Positions 38,695 to 52,748 of a DNA stretch of 64,000 nt are shown one piece after another. The notes under the pieces were generated by a model, which was not told the origin of the DNA, did no database searches, and saw only the letters and a program-made list of their open reading frames with translations. The DNA is from Magallana gigas (Eukaryota). Position numbers and translations under genes: made by a program. How positions within the stretch are numbered: the stretch's first letter is position 1; the number at the start of each line of letters is the position of its first letter. The stretch lies in contig NC_088860.1 of assembly GCF_963853765.1 (NCBI RefSeq), positions 992,001-1,056,000 of the forward strand. The letters are read 5' to 3'.

Positions 38695-41600
38695 ATGGAC
38701 AATTACTTCAGTCCTTGGCCCGTTGTGTGCGCCATTGACTTTGGGACGACATACAGTGGCTATGCTTATTCCATGCGACCAGACTATGAGAGGAACCCAT
38801 TAAATATTGAGTGCAATCCATCATGGTCGAACGAGGAAATGATGACACCAAAAACTCCGACTTGTATTCTATTCGATAAGTCGGAAAACTTCCATTCATT
38901 TGGGTACGAGGCAGAAAAGAAATATAGAAAGCTAGCTGAAAAAGCCCAAGAAAAACTAGAGATTGACGAAGAAGACGATAGCAATGATAGTGATGATAGT
39001 GATGATAGCGTCAATGAAAAAGTCGAAGATGAAATTGAAGAAGACAACGTTACTGAGTGGCTTTATTTCAAAAGATTTAAAATGAAGCTGTATCAAGACG
39101 ATATGGTAGGTATATTAGTGTTTTCATTTGCCAGGTAACTCTACGTTGTAATTACGAATCCATTATATTTGATATAGGATACAATGCACATTTATTTAAA
39201 TTACTCGTACATATGCATTATAACACATGGGTGTTTTCAACCAGAAAAATTAGAACAGTTATACTTAAAAAGATCCTCAAAAAGTAAAGTCAGCAACTTT
39301 CTGAATTTTTGATGGACAGCCTTAATTAAACTATTAGATTTTTTTAGTGTATTTGTTAGTTTTGTGATAGCATAATTCCAATAAATCTCGCTTGTAATCG
39401 TATGAAATATTAGTAAAGTTGTTTTTTTTATATTTGTAATTTTGAGAAATCAGTGCTGTTATAGTGCTGTTATCTTTCTATACATTCTTAAGGTTCATTT
39501 TTTGGTTTCACAACTCCTAACAAATGTGTTAAACTTCAAATCATTAGAAATAACATGAGTTTTATTTCATTTTTTTTAGCAGTTTTTGGGCTACGAATGA
39601 AAATAAGTTTTTTTTTCTCGGCATTTTTGATGTGCAAGTTACACCCTGTTGGACATCGGTGACACTGGTCTATTTTTGAGCGTTTCTCTTTTGATTTTGT
39701 AGATCAAATTTACAAATTAGACATTTGCTAACGGATATTGAGATAAAGTATTTGTCAATTTATTTCAAATCAAATACATTTCGTACATATCATAAAAAGT
39801 TTTTAATTTTTTTTATATCAAGATAAAATAATGTGACAGTAGCATTAGTTGATTTGAAAAGGACACACAGTTTCAAAAATCGTCTAGTACTCGACTCTCG
39901 CTTAACTGAGGCCCCCGATTAATCGACTAAGCAAGCCGAGTAAAATTGACGTTCCTACTGATTATGCATTTATTATTTGAAAGCCCAATAGCGTTTTCCC
40001 CACATGTCTAACATGTTGTGTTTTTTCAAAATATTTATCAAGGTTACTTACAGAGAACAATAAAATTTTTAACTTTCCAAAGTTTTCTAAAACGTATTTT
40101 TTGGTTGAATACTGTGAAAGAAAAATCTAAACCGGTGAAAGTATTTCAATTATAATATACTTTAATCCACAGTAATATTGACTGATGTTCCCACCCACCA
40201 TAAGGGGATGGGAGGGTGGCTTTGAATTTCTCTCAGGTTAGGATACATAAATCCTGTTAGTTAATTTTCCCCTTTATTTAGTATACCTCCGCTCCGAAGG
40301 AGAGGGGGTATACTGTTTTACCCTTGTGTGTCTGTCTGTCTGTTTGTCCGTCTGTCCGTCCGTAACAAAAATGTCTTTCGCATTTATCTCAGCAACTATT
40401 TATTGCAGATGCTTGAAATTTTTACACAGTGTTTGTTAAGACATGTCATATCGTGATATATATTTTTGTACCAATCGGACGTCAACTTCCAGTTAAATGA
40501 CGACTTTGCTTATTTTTTAACCAAAATTTTCAAACAAATTTTTTTCAAAGATTTCTCAGCAACTTTTTATCGCAAAAGCTTGAAATTTTTACACAATATT
40601 TGTATAAGTATGCCATATCGTGGGATATATTTTTGTACCAATCAGACGTCAACTTCCTGTTAAATGACGACTTCGTTTATTTTTAGCCAATATTTTCAAA
40701 CACATTTTTGTCAAAGAATTCTCAGGAACTGTTTATCGCAGATGCTTGAAATTTTTACACAGTATTTGTATAGGTATGTTATAACGTGAGATTTAGTTTT
40801 GTACCAATCGGACGTCAACTTCCTGTTTAATGAGTACTTTGTTTATTTTTAGCCAAAACTTTCAAACAAATTTCCGTCAAAGATTTCTCAGCAACTATTT
40901 ATCGCAGATGCTTGAAATTTTTACACACTTTTTGTTTTTGCATGCCATATTGTGGGATATATTTCTGTACCAATCGGATGCCAGCTTTCTGTTAAATATC
41001 GACTTTATTTTGCATATTCACATCAGAGTGGGGGTATCACTAGTGAGCATTGGCTCACAGATATCTTGTTTTACTTAGTTTTGCATAAATGCGAATAAAT
41101 TCACTTATGATATAGGTCTATAATGAAATATGTATGTATTTATCATTCCATCATGATATTTAGGAAATATTCTTCAATTTAGAAATGAAAAGTCCCCAAG
41201 ATGTTTTGGCCTTGGGACTTAGGAACGATAACTCTTATCTGAGGAACTTTCATACCAAATAAAATTTAAAATATTTTTTGTGTTTATTTGCAAAGATTTT
41301 CATTCAAATTTTTTATGTCAAAGTTATTAAATTTACATTTTCTTATAACATCAAGCAGCCTTTTCAGATGATTTGTCAACAGAGTAAGAAAATATGAAAA
41401 ATTATGTTTTGGGGAAATGCTAAAAAAAATTGCAAAAATAACATTTTTGAATGTTAAGAAGTATTATATTTATTTTTAGGTGTCCGAAGGAAATATCCAA
41501 CAAATAACAAAAAAATTCTCTCAATTTGTTAATAGTTAACTTTATGACAATTATTTTACAAAAACACGAAAAAACATTTAAATATTCTTTAAAAATTCCC

Positions 41601-43646
41601 ATAGTACCCCTATCATCATTTTGATATTTGATAAGTATATGTTTTGTGGTCTTCTATTGAAAATTGGAATAAACTGTGGGTGTATAGAGCCACCTTAATA
41701 TTATTTGTAATTTTGTTATTCATTGATAAGCAGAACAAATTATTGTATTTTATTACAGATGGCGAAGCAAAAATTAAAGAAATTGAAACTAAGTGCAGAA
41801 AATGGGAAGAAACTTCCAGCTTTGAAGGTATTTTCAGAAGCAATTAAATATCTGAAAGACCACTTTGAAGCCTTACTGCTTAAAACAACAATAAGAGATG
41901 ATTGTAAAGGAAGTTCATTGAATTCAGATACGTCACAAGAGCAACGTCATACCTCTGTGTCCACAAGAAAACAGGAAACACACTCTGAACGTTCTGATTC
42001 CAATATTGTGGATAGTAATGACTCGTCTTGGTCGGACGACATCTTGTGGGTCCTAACAGTTCCTGCAATTTGGTCTGATCAAGCGAAACAGTTCATGCGT
42101 GATGCTGCTATACAGGTTTTTATAAAACGTTATTCCAATGTCACGTATTGTATAGTTAATGCGTTGTCTTGTTGTCAATTTGTTGTTTTGGACGTTCTGT
42201 TTGACTTTTTACATGATTTACTTTAGGTTGTATTCCGCTGCCCTGATACGTTGACTTGACTTTTTAGGCTGGTATTAGAGACGACCACTTGGTTTTGGCG
42301 CTGGAACCAGAGTCCGCTGCTCTGCTCTGTAAGCAGTTAGCACTGACCAAAAAAGCAGTTGATATCAAGGTACAGATGTTTGAACCTGGCAGCAAGTTCA
42401 TGGTCATCGATTGTGGAGGTACGCCAACATCGTATTTACTTCTGTTATTATTGAAAGTATTTTGACATTGAATACAATGATAGCCTAAGATGTTGCCTTT
42501 TGATATTCAGGAGGAACAGTGGATGTGACGGCTTACAAAGTTGAAAACAACCAAGCCCTACGGGAGTTGCATTGCGCATCTGGAGATGCAGTAGGGGGAA
42601 CAAATGTGGACATGCTTTTTATCAATCTTTTAAATGACATATTTAGAAAAGACGTGGTGGAAAGATTTCAGAACAAATCGCCATCAGATTGGCATGAATT
42701 GCTGAGAAGTATTGAAGTTAAAAAACGGGGTATTGGGCTAAAAAATCCAAACGAAAAGGAGAAAGAACTAATAACTTTTTCAAGTTTAGGTAGACTGATT
42801 GACGCATTTACACATTTAAATGGACACAGTAAAAATGCTATTTCTAAACGAATACAAGAAATGGATTTAAAAAAGAAGATAAAATGTAACGGTCCAAAGA
42901 TGCGCATTGATGAAACTTACTTAATTGAGACAGTTTTTGCTGGTCCAATCAAAGATATTGTGAAACACTTGAAAAATTTGTTCGCTGAGAAAGACGTAAA
43001 AGGTATCAATATAATATTGCTTGTCGGGGGATTCTCCGAATGCCCACTCCTGCAAGATGCAATTAAGAGGGAATTTCCAGACAAGACAATTGTTAATCCG
43101 CGAGATGGCAGCATTGCGGTAATGAAGGGGGCGGTGTTGTTTGGACACAGTGCTGAGATTGTAGCTCAGAAAAGGATAGAACAGGGGCATCAGCTGCACG
43201 AAGTACAAGAAGTCTCTGAATGCGTAGTTCGTAGGAGTAGGGCGTACTATGGGGTTGCGACAGATGTTCCCTTTGTTGATGGTGAACATCTCCCAGTTTG
43301 TAGATATACCAACGAAGAAGGTGTATCTATGTGTTCAGACATTTTTGATTGCCTCATAAAGAAAAATCAGGAGATGGAAATAGGACAATCTGTTTTTGAA
43401 AAGACTTTCAAAGCCTCTAGTACATTGGCGAACGTAGAAATTTATCGATCAGACAGGGAGGTACAATACTGCCATGAAGATGGCTGTCGAAACATTGGAA
43501 ATATTAATGCCCTTTATTCGGATGACATCGGTGATAGGAGATTATTTAAAATCCAGCTACATTTTGGTTTCACAGAAAAAATAGCAATAGCAATGGACAT
43601 GAAGACACAAAAAACCTGGAAGGCCAAACTCGACTGTATTCTGTAG
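38695..43646 (+). CDS. HSPA12: Heat shock 70 kDa protein 12-like, copy B (~684 aa)
   Basis: Exons 38695-39105, 41759-42115, 42268-42418, 42511-43646 (2055 nt, in frame). Same motifs and intron positions as copy A; intron 1 expanded from 299 bp to ~2.65 kb by insertions. Confidence 0.92.
40280..41068 (+). mobile_element. HINE-like element in HSPA12-B intron 1 with four ~166-bp repeats
   Basis: 5' TATACCTCCGCTC, TGTC/CGTC microsatellite, repeats starting 40388/40555/40721/40887, 3' GAGTGGGGGTAT plus hairpin GTGAGCATTGGCTCAC. Confidence 0.8.
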
Positions 43647-46600
43647 AATATCACCAAACGTTATAACAAACGCAACTCACCTCTCACATATAAACTATGT
43701 ATAGAATCATTATAAACAATATAAACACTCTAAATGAGAGATCTCAAATATGACATCAACAGGAATATTGGGTTGGTGAAATACCTCTGTTGAGCCGATT
43801 TCTTCATTGACTTATACAATACCTTTATGATTCAATGGACATGATTATTGTTTTATCCGAGGACTTACAGAGCCAGGGTTAAAAAGAAACATTTCGTACA
43901 CAATAAATAAGCTGCGAATATTTGCCTGATTTGAGGTCTCTTGCCTAGGCAATCGTTAGAATTTGTTGGAATGACAATTTTGTTGACGGAATCGCAATCA
44001 ATTTAGACTATGATATCCGAACAAGCACTACTTTATCTGGCATAAATTTGCCAAAAGACATCTCACTAGAAGTTGTAAAGCATAAGCTTATGCCAACGGA
44101 AACTTTACAATGAGCATAATTCTGAACGGCAGAACCTAGAATTGTCCCTTAAAGGAGTGGCCATCTTAAAACCGAAGAAAGACATTGTTGTCGTTTGTTT
44201 TATAATCAATATTGAAGACATCTCTTCTATTGCGGTATTGATTTAAGCCATTACCGTAAAATTTATACCACAAAATAATTTTTGACGACATAAGAATTCA
44301 ACATTCTGGCTTTTTTGGTCTTTTGAAAGCAATGGATGTTTGTTTTTTTAACCCCTTAAAGATTTAGCCAGGGACATTTCTAGCAGAATAAGGAATTTGT
44401 TAATTCATTTCCTTACGAATATCACTGATTTTTCAAAATAGTTGCCTTCCAGAAACTCGCATTCTCTGTTTGACCACCTCGTTCAATGCATCTGCGATTT
44501 TATATTTTATTTTAGATAGGAATCGAAGTTTTCCAGGACATTTTACATGTATATTTTTTCCCCGAATACAATGCAAGATGAATTTATTCACGGTATATTT
44601 TGCTGCGGTTTGATTAATAAACACATTTTCTTTTTGTTTTGCTTCAACACCTTTTACATACCTTCAGTATTAAAAAGTGGTCTTTTTCAGGTGTATGCAG
44701 AAAATTGCCAATCATTTTATTTTATTATAACTTTGGCAGTAGTTGTCTATATGATTTATAAAATTCATTAGGATTTTGAACATTATAATCGACTTTCCAT
44801 CATGCATTTTAGTGAAATAATATCCGAAGAACGCTATAAGCAATTTTAGACACTTTTCTTGAACAAGTCATGCGACAAAAGAAAGGAATATTATGTAGAT
44901 AAAAGGTAAGAGGATTGGCCTCCATTTATCTCTTCGTAAAATTATAAAGTTAGAAATGAAAAATGGGATTTTTTCTTTATGCAATCTCAAGGAAATAAGG
45001 TACTTTAGTGGCACAGCGTATTTAAATTATTCAAATAGGTACTTTATTACTTTTTATGGATCCCCGATTTCAATGCGGATTCCCCAATGAACATACATCC
45101 TAAAACACTTTTGCTGAGATTTAGTTCTTCTGCTGCACAATATTGTTATCTCCTTTGATTTGCGGATTTTCTTTTTCATCTTAGATTAAATGAAAATTTA
45201 ACATTTTCTGCGTTTTCTCATTTCAAGTAGGTGTTTTTGTTTGGATATATTGAATAATGAAGAATTGCTATAATGTTGAGGGTAAACGGATTTCCTGAAG
45301 CTTCCTGTTTAGATTGCTGAACAAAGTTATTTTATATATCTTAGGATTAGGTTTCGTTTGCATGTGCATTACATCATTTGATAAAACTCTCTCCCTGAAT
45401 GTGACTATGTGATTGTACTTAACGTTCCTAAGTTGTTGAGGGTGCTTTAGATAATGCAGCACTATGAATCTGTGGTCTACAATTGCATTATCGTAAAAGA
45501 ACAATTCCACTCTAGAAGACCAGAGTATAAAAAATGAAAGTGAATGACTTTGCATATTTTAAATAGAAAACAATGATTGTTTGTTTGAAAAAGGACTGGT
45601 TTGATAAAATTCAGTATTTGCTACCTGTTTTGAAAATGTATCTTTATAATACCGAATCAAGCAATAACTGTATCATTTCAAATACACATTTTTTTATTTT
45701 TTGCATGTTGATATTCTACTTATTTCTAACTACTATTGACATATTTAATAAAATCTTTTAATAGCGTTGATTATAAGGCAAACAATCGTAATAAGAAAAC
45801 CCTAAATAGTCCTTTTTAATCCCAAGTACGTTCCACTGCTTAAAGTGGTCCCCCCAAAATCCTTACATTTCTTTGCCTCTTGTCTGACTTTCTCTCTCTT
45901 TTTATCATTTTTCTGGCTTTTGTCTAGGAATGTGCAAACGACCTACAAATGTTACTATGCTTTTTGTTAATATCCTGTTAACACACTAAAATTCTCGCCA
46001 ATACATGTTGATGTATAAATGTGTTTAGATTAAATCGATGGTTTTGCAGAAAGTTTATAGTCTATGTTGCAAGTTAAACTAAGAAATGACGAATCTATAA
46101 CTTTTTAAACATATTTCAATTTATCACATGTTTATCCCAATATACGGTGGATATCACTCATAGGATAAATTTTTGATATTCCACTGTGTGTTCTTACGCC
46201 ACGTGACGTCATAGTTAATCATTACGTAGGTTTAGACGGTTGATTGACGTAGAATGAAAAAGGAAATAATTAATTCAGTTGAGGGGTGTTGAGATATAAA
46301 TTTGAAACATTTAATGTTGTCTCAGTTATTTGTCATGAATTCATAAAAAAAATGCCAAAGCTCGGGGATAGAAAACACACAACTCGTTGGATAAAAATCA
46401 TATACCATCGCAAATCATGAGAGATCCTATATAAATTGCAAAAACCGACTGTGAGAATGAACAAAATATTATAATATGTTGTCCTGAACTGTTTTACAGC
46501 AGGATTTACCGTGATATTCAATAATATTCTAACATTCGTCGTTACGGTACTGTTAAGGCAATTCAAACTTTACACGATTACAACCTAAAGTATTTGTCAT

Positions 46601-48170
46601 GAATTTATAAAATAAAAAGAACTTATAGAACAAGGTTCTGCTCTTAAAGAAAAAAATTAATGTTACAATTTACTTTGAATGAGCTTTACGAACCCTCCTG
46701 AATAATTCTGTCCTTTTAATGGCTGAAAACTGCTTTGTTGTCTTTTGTTACTATATATCAAATTGTTTTCTATCAAATAGTGAAGCTTTGTCATCAAATA
46801 AACTGAAAGGTGACTGAGTATTAACTAAACATCCAATGAAGGACCGAACTATGCCATTCTGATTCAGTCAGCTTTTTAGACATTCCGTTTAACTTTCATT
46901 TGACTGAATGGCAAAGGTTCATTCTGAATACATTTTTATTCTTATGATTACATAAAAGCACGTACAAGCCCTAGTTCTGTGGATTATTTACCAAGTTACA
47001 ATTGCTTTCAGAATTGGGACAACTGCCTATGTAAATATACGTTCTATTTATCCTTTAATTTCCCCGGTTGAATTTAATAAATCAATTTAAACGCATTCAT
47101 TTCATAGATTTTTTTGTCCAATACCTTTTTCAAGAATGAACATAACGGTTGCCATAAACAAATACTTTACGAGCCGGAGGGCACGCTTTTTATCTTGCAG
47201 AAACATTGAATCTCAGAAGTGGTAAGTATCTACTTAAGTGAAATCTTAGATTTTCATATTATCACTTCTTCCAAAGATGGTTAGTTTATTTTGTATAATA
47301 TATGGAAGATATTTGATAAAAAGCTCATGAAATGTAATGATGTCAAAACTCATTTATTGATAACAACTTTAATTGTTTCTGTATATGGCAGTGAAGTAGA
47401 TATCATATACCCCCAATTCTTAGTTTTTAATAAGTTTTTTTGTTAATATGTGTAGTACCGGTATATTCAGTCTGTATAGCTTTAAATTGGAGAATAACAG
47501 GGAGTTGAGGTGTTAACTCGTCTAAAAAAATATGACTATACTTTGTCCCGAGTTTTAGCTTCCACAAATGGTACCTTAATATACCGGTAGTTTTTTTTTT
47601 GGCAAATATTTTGTCTCCACTTTGCATCAGTCAATATTTCGTCCCTCGGAGGCTAGCGTGATGTTGCCCTCTACCCAAGTCAACAGTTCTATGCTTATCG
47701 TATTAATTTATCAAATATAGAATAAGATGGAATGTCCGTGGGGAAAAAGCGGAAATTACTTGTAGAAAACAGATTTAGTTGTTAAATATTACAATGTTCG
47801 GTTATCTTTCCTAATAATTGTGGTATTGAATATATTTTGAAAAGAGAATTTAATCAATTAATTTCTCTGAAGTATTTTAATCATATTCCAGAAGGATGTG
47901 AACGAGCTTATATCTGGTTTTGCTTGATTGATAAGTGTAAAAAAATGAATATGACTGACGAGACATAAGATAAGGTAGTTTAAATTCGCTATAAATATAA
48001 TATTTTTCAAATATATTATGTTCTATAGCTAGGTGTTACAATCCAAGAACTGATTATTATCAAACCATTCGTTTGAGAAAAGAAATTCGCCCGAATAGCC
48101 TTCAAATAGTATACCTGTATAGTATTTGATTGAAAGACTTGTCTTACTAATGGATTAGTTATATACACTT

Positions 48171-48251
48171 TCCTTTCTGACATATAATATTTTTCAAATA
48201 ATATCTGTAATATGCAGATATTATTTGAAAAATATTATATGTCAGAAAGGA
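48171..48251. other. Perfect 37-bp inverted repeat with 7-nt loop
   Basis: 48171-48207 TCCTTTCTGACATATAATATTTTTCAAATAATATCTG is the exact reverse complement of 48215-48251. Confidence 0.9.
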
Positions 48252-48319
48252 CAACATATTTACTTTTCTTTTTGTTTTTATTTGTTTAGACGTTTGGAAG
48301 AAAAAACATATTTCACGTT

Positions 48320-51300
48320 ATGAAGGTATTACAGTATAGAGTACGTCAGTGCTCTAAATGTTCAGGAGATCTTGAGTTTGTATGTATCACTTGTCAGTCT
48401 GATCTGTGTCAACGATGTAAAGAAAACCATTTGATCGTTCTCTCTAATAAAGACCACGATGTCACGTCATATCGAGAGAGAAGTAACAATGATTTACAAG
48501 AGAGATGTGAGAAACATCCTAGGATGATTGTCCAGAAGTACTGTCAAACATGTCGGACTCCTTCTTGCTTTTACTGCAGGAAACATAGAACACACAGTCT
48601 AATAGATATTTGGACTGCATGTGAGCAAAAGCGACAACAAATCGCACAAACTATTCACATCATTAAACATGAAACTCTCTTTGCTAGACAGATTATGTTG
48701 AAAGGAATTAAAATTGATATAAGAAAATGCCACGCAAATACCCCAAAGAATGAGTTTTTAATGAAAAAAAAGTCTAAAACATTGCTTGACAACGTGTTAA
48801 AATATAAATTATTTGTACACAGATGTTTGAAACAAAAAAATGTATCTAATACTCATCTAGCTTGGATACAATGCTTTGAAACGATATATGAAAAGTCATC
48901 CTACAGGCCGATAGACTTTCTAAAAAATATCAAAAAAGAAAACATTCTCCGTAAAAAGGATTGTCCTTATTTCTTAGAGCATGGAATCCAACAGTTAACG
49001 ATTGGATCATTCAAAGTAGAGGATTTGATTGCAATACTATGTGAAGTAAAATTTAAAGAGAAAGGGAAGCGTTGCGTCGGTAACGACCACCTCTTTAAGT
49101 TGATGCCTTCCCCTTTGCTACAAAAGTCGATTTTGAGAACAGATGTTGCTCTTTGCTTCCCCGATTCCTCGGTGTCATCGGACCTGCTTGATGTTGAAGA
49201 TGAAATGTCAGATTTCGATTTGATGAACAAAACGAACGAAGATCTAAAAAGTCTGCAAGATGATTTATTACAAAACTGTGAGTTTGACAATGATTCTAGA
49301 TGGATTCCAAAGTGTCTGCACTGCTCCCCATATACCGGGGATGTTCTTGTCGGTATGCAGCAAATTTTCAGCAGGAGGAAATATTTGACGAATGGTAGAA
49401 TAGACCGGTACGAATATCCAGGTAGACTCAAGAAAAAAGGACCAGTTCGCTATTATAATCCTTTGTATGTCGTAGAAAACAATAATGGTGATATCGTGGT
49501 GTCTGATGACAGATGGCGTGTAGTGGGGACTGATCATGAGGGAAAGGATCGATTTAAACTTGATGGACTTAGACCGTATGGTATCTGCACTGACGCGCTG
49601 TCACATATCCTGGTTTGTGCTATTCAAACCAGCACAGTACAGGTTTTTGATAAGAACGGCGTATTTCTGAGGCATCTTCTATTGAGACAGCCAGGGTTAA
49701 TTTCCCCATGTTTTCTGGCTTATGACATCAACACTTATCAACTATGGGTTTGGTCAGACTTAAACAAAAGAGTTTGTGTTTACAACTACCTAACCCGGCC
49801 TACCGGTAAGTCAAATTGTCTTCTCCTTTAAATATATCCATTACTTTTCAAATGAAAGCTGAATACTATGATTCTAGTAAGTAACAACACACTGTGTGGA
49901 TTTAGCAACGACACGCTGCAGCTATTTAATATTTGGCATATTAAATGTACAAATACAAAATTATGGCATAAAGTTGGATCACATGATTTATTTATTTCAA
50001 TAAAACAATTCTAAAAATTTAAACTTTCCGCTGTACGCGTCGTCCTAAACTGGTATTAAACACCTGAGCAATTCTTTATATAGAACCAGGTGACACAAAC
50101 AGGTATTCGAATGAAAACTTTATATTTCCGAAAAATCAATTCATTATTATACCAAGTAGAAATTGATTTATGTCTAATTCGTCCCTAAAACGAAAGAAAT
50201 AATATATGTTTAATATAATGCGTATATGTTTCTTTTTCACAGTTAAAATGTTATAATTACGTTGGTTAAAATTTAAAACAAAATTTTAAAAGTTTTCTTT
50301 CCTTGATAAGATATATCAATACCTGTCCAATGATGCGGTTTTTGTTTGGTGTCGCTTGACATACGATAGTAATATATTAGTTATCGCTTATGTGTTATTT
50401 ACAAATATTAATTATACGCAAACCAACCATACTTTCTTAAAATATTTCATCCCTTGGTCAAACAATAAATTGCCCTTACCCCTTTTAATGTTACCGAACG
50501 CCCAATTCTTTAAACGTTACACTATTTGACTTCAATGGGCATTTCGTTCAGCTCAGTCAATTTGGTTCAAGGCAACAAAGATGCCTATGATATGCAATTG
50601 ATATTTAAATAACTAGACGGCGCCACAGTATGTAAGATTAAAAATTACTATAAAAAGTTCAAATGTTGCAGATCAAAATCCCCATACTTCTAGTTCGATT
50701 GAGAGTTCAAGTGGAAACCAATCCTTGCAGACTAAAGGAACATGTCCGATATATTATCCTGAAAGACTGGAGTCTGTCACCACAACAGGTTATGGTCCTA
50801 ATCATATTTCATGTACGGGAACAGATTATGTTTGGTTTAGTTGTACACCTGATTCTCTCTTCTTGACAAGCACAGTAGGTTCCGATAAACATTCTCTGTT
50901 GGATGGTTGTGGTGATGCTTTATATTTTGGTAGACACACTGTAAGTAAGGATAATGAACTGATCTACATTGATAAGAAATATAACATCATCAAACTGTCA
51001 AGTGATTTTAAAAATAAAACTGAGTTCATCATTTTAAAAGACTCTACGTGGAAGCCATTTTGCGTATACAGTTCCAAAATTACTGGAGATCTACTAATCG
51101 GAATGTACAAACACGAAAAAAGGACGGGTAAGGTCAATCGGTACACTCACAATGGAGAATTGATACAGTGTATACAATACAATGACAAAATATATGAACT
51201 GTATTGTTGTCCGATCTTTATAACCGAAAACCAAAACAGAGATGTTGTTGTGTCCGAATCGGACGTGTCGCGCCCTAATGCTGTAGTGGTAACAGATCAT

Positions 51301-51639
51301 AGCGGGCAATATCGTTTCTCCTACTCTGGGCATCCACCAGATTTCGAGTTCCAGCCACGTGGAATCTGCACCGATGAGTTGTCTCGAATTTTGATTTGTG
51401 ACAAGATGGAAGAGAGAATACACATTATCGATAAGGATGGTCAATTGATAGCAAAACTGTCTTTGAGCCCTCCAGATGAGTTTGTACCGTACAGCATAGC
51501 TTATGATATCACTACTCGCTCTCTTTGGATTGGAGCTGTTGACGAATACGATGTTAAATTATCCGTCATTGAATATGAAGCAAGTCATCCTATTCTGACT
51601 GGTAACAGTGAAACGCGACGAGATAAATCCATGTTATGA
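48320..51639 (+). CDS. TRIM-like B-box/B-box/coiled-coil protein with two NHL-repeat regions (~817 aa if spliced); no RING seen
   Basis: Exon 48320-49805 has two B-boxes (CSKC...CITCQSDLCQRCKENH; CEKH...YCQTCRTPSCFYCRKHRTH) and NHL motifs (PLYVVENNNGDIVVSD, PYGICTDALSHILVC). A phase-1 donor G|GTAAGT at 49805/6 fits a phase-1 acceptor TTGCAG|AT at 50671/2, in frame with ORF 50725-51639 (PIFITENQNRDVVVSE, PRGICTDELSRILICD). They could instead be two separate genes. Confidence 0.75.
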
Positions 51640-51915
51640 GTTATATTAATTCTTATTGCATGTCAATCTCTTCTGTGTTCGCTCATGTAACAATAAAAAG
51701 ACGAAATAAATCCAACAATAACGGTGTATTGGAATTTAAATATCATAGGTCAGGTAATTCAAAACGTTATTTATTTAGTATTTATGAATAATAAATAATA
51801 AATCTTGTATATATGAAATTATGAACTTTCCTGTTTAGCCTAAAATTTCATTCAAATGTTTGTACATTTGTAATTTTTGATGTAATGTGTATGCATTCGA
51901 TACCACCACATGTCA

Positions 51916-52310
51916 TTTTTAGAAGCAATTATTAATAAATATCTGAAGAACCGTTTTGAAGCCTTACTTTAAAAAAAAAACAATAATAAGGTTAGATTGT
52001 GAGAAAGTTCATTGAATTCAAATACGCCACGAGATCAAAGTAATACCTAGGGAATAACAATATGTTTTGATATTTTTGATTGTTCGATTAAAAGCAACCA
52101 ATACATGGAAATAGAAAAACTTTAATGTAAAAGAATTCTGGAGCATCTCAGAAGCATCTGTTAAAATATTAAAAACACTTCTGTCGTTTATTCTGATGAT
52201 TGTGGAGATTGCAGATTGTTAAAAGTCCAGCTTTATTTTGGATTCACAGATAAAAATAGCTATAGCTATATTGACCACAAAACGAAAAAACCAGCAAGGT
52301 CAAACGAGAT
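51916..52310 (+). pseudogene. Degenerate, internally deleted HSPA12 relic
   Basis: 51916-52045 aligns by eye to HSPA12 exon 2 (gaagcaatt..aaatatctgaagaaccgttttgaagccttact..gaaagttcattgaattca), and 52095-52310 to the last-exon end (atggaaatag..tattctgatga..aaagtccagctttattttggattcacaga..gctatagct). Frameshifts and stops are present. Confidence 0.75.
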
Positions 52311-52748
52311 TATTATACCTCTAGTTATTTTTCAGTATATAAGAATTATTCGATATATTTTGCTGATTTGTTGAGAATCGCCGTAAACAGACTAATTCCT
52401 GCAGAACAGACTGATTCCCTCCAAAACGGTGCGTCAGTTCGAGGAACTGATACACCCCTATTGGGAACACTTAGTAATTTCTTTTAGCCAAAGATCTAGA
52501 AAAAGTACCAAAAAATAAAATCATGAATATTCATAACCGTATCATTTAATTCTAGTTGTAACGTCCTTTTGGATTGGCTATACGTATTCATCTTTTTCGT
52601 ATAGCATAACTTGCCTACGTCACAGTACATCGTGCGTGCAATTTAATTATATTTATTTTGACGTTATAACTTGTTGGATACACAAAGAATTATATTAATT
52701 TGAACCTTTCCTGATTGATTGTTTGTATCGATATAATAAAACAGTTTA

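Larger units (their letters stand above)
35195..47001 (+). repeat. Segmental duplication unit 2 (contains HSPA12 copy B)
   Basis: Direct head-to-tail copy of 25372-35190, differing by substitutions and unit-specific insertions. Confidence 0.9.
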
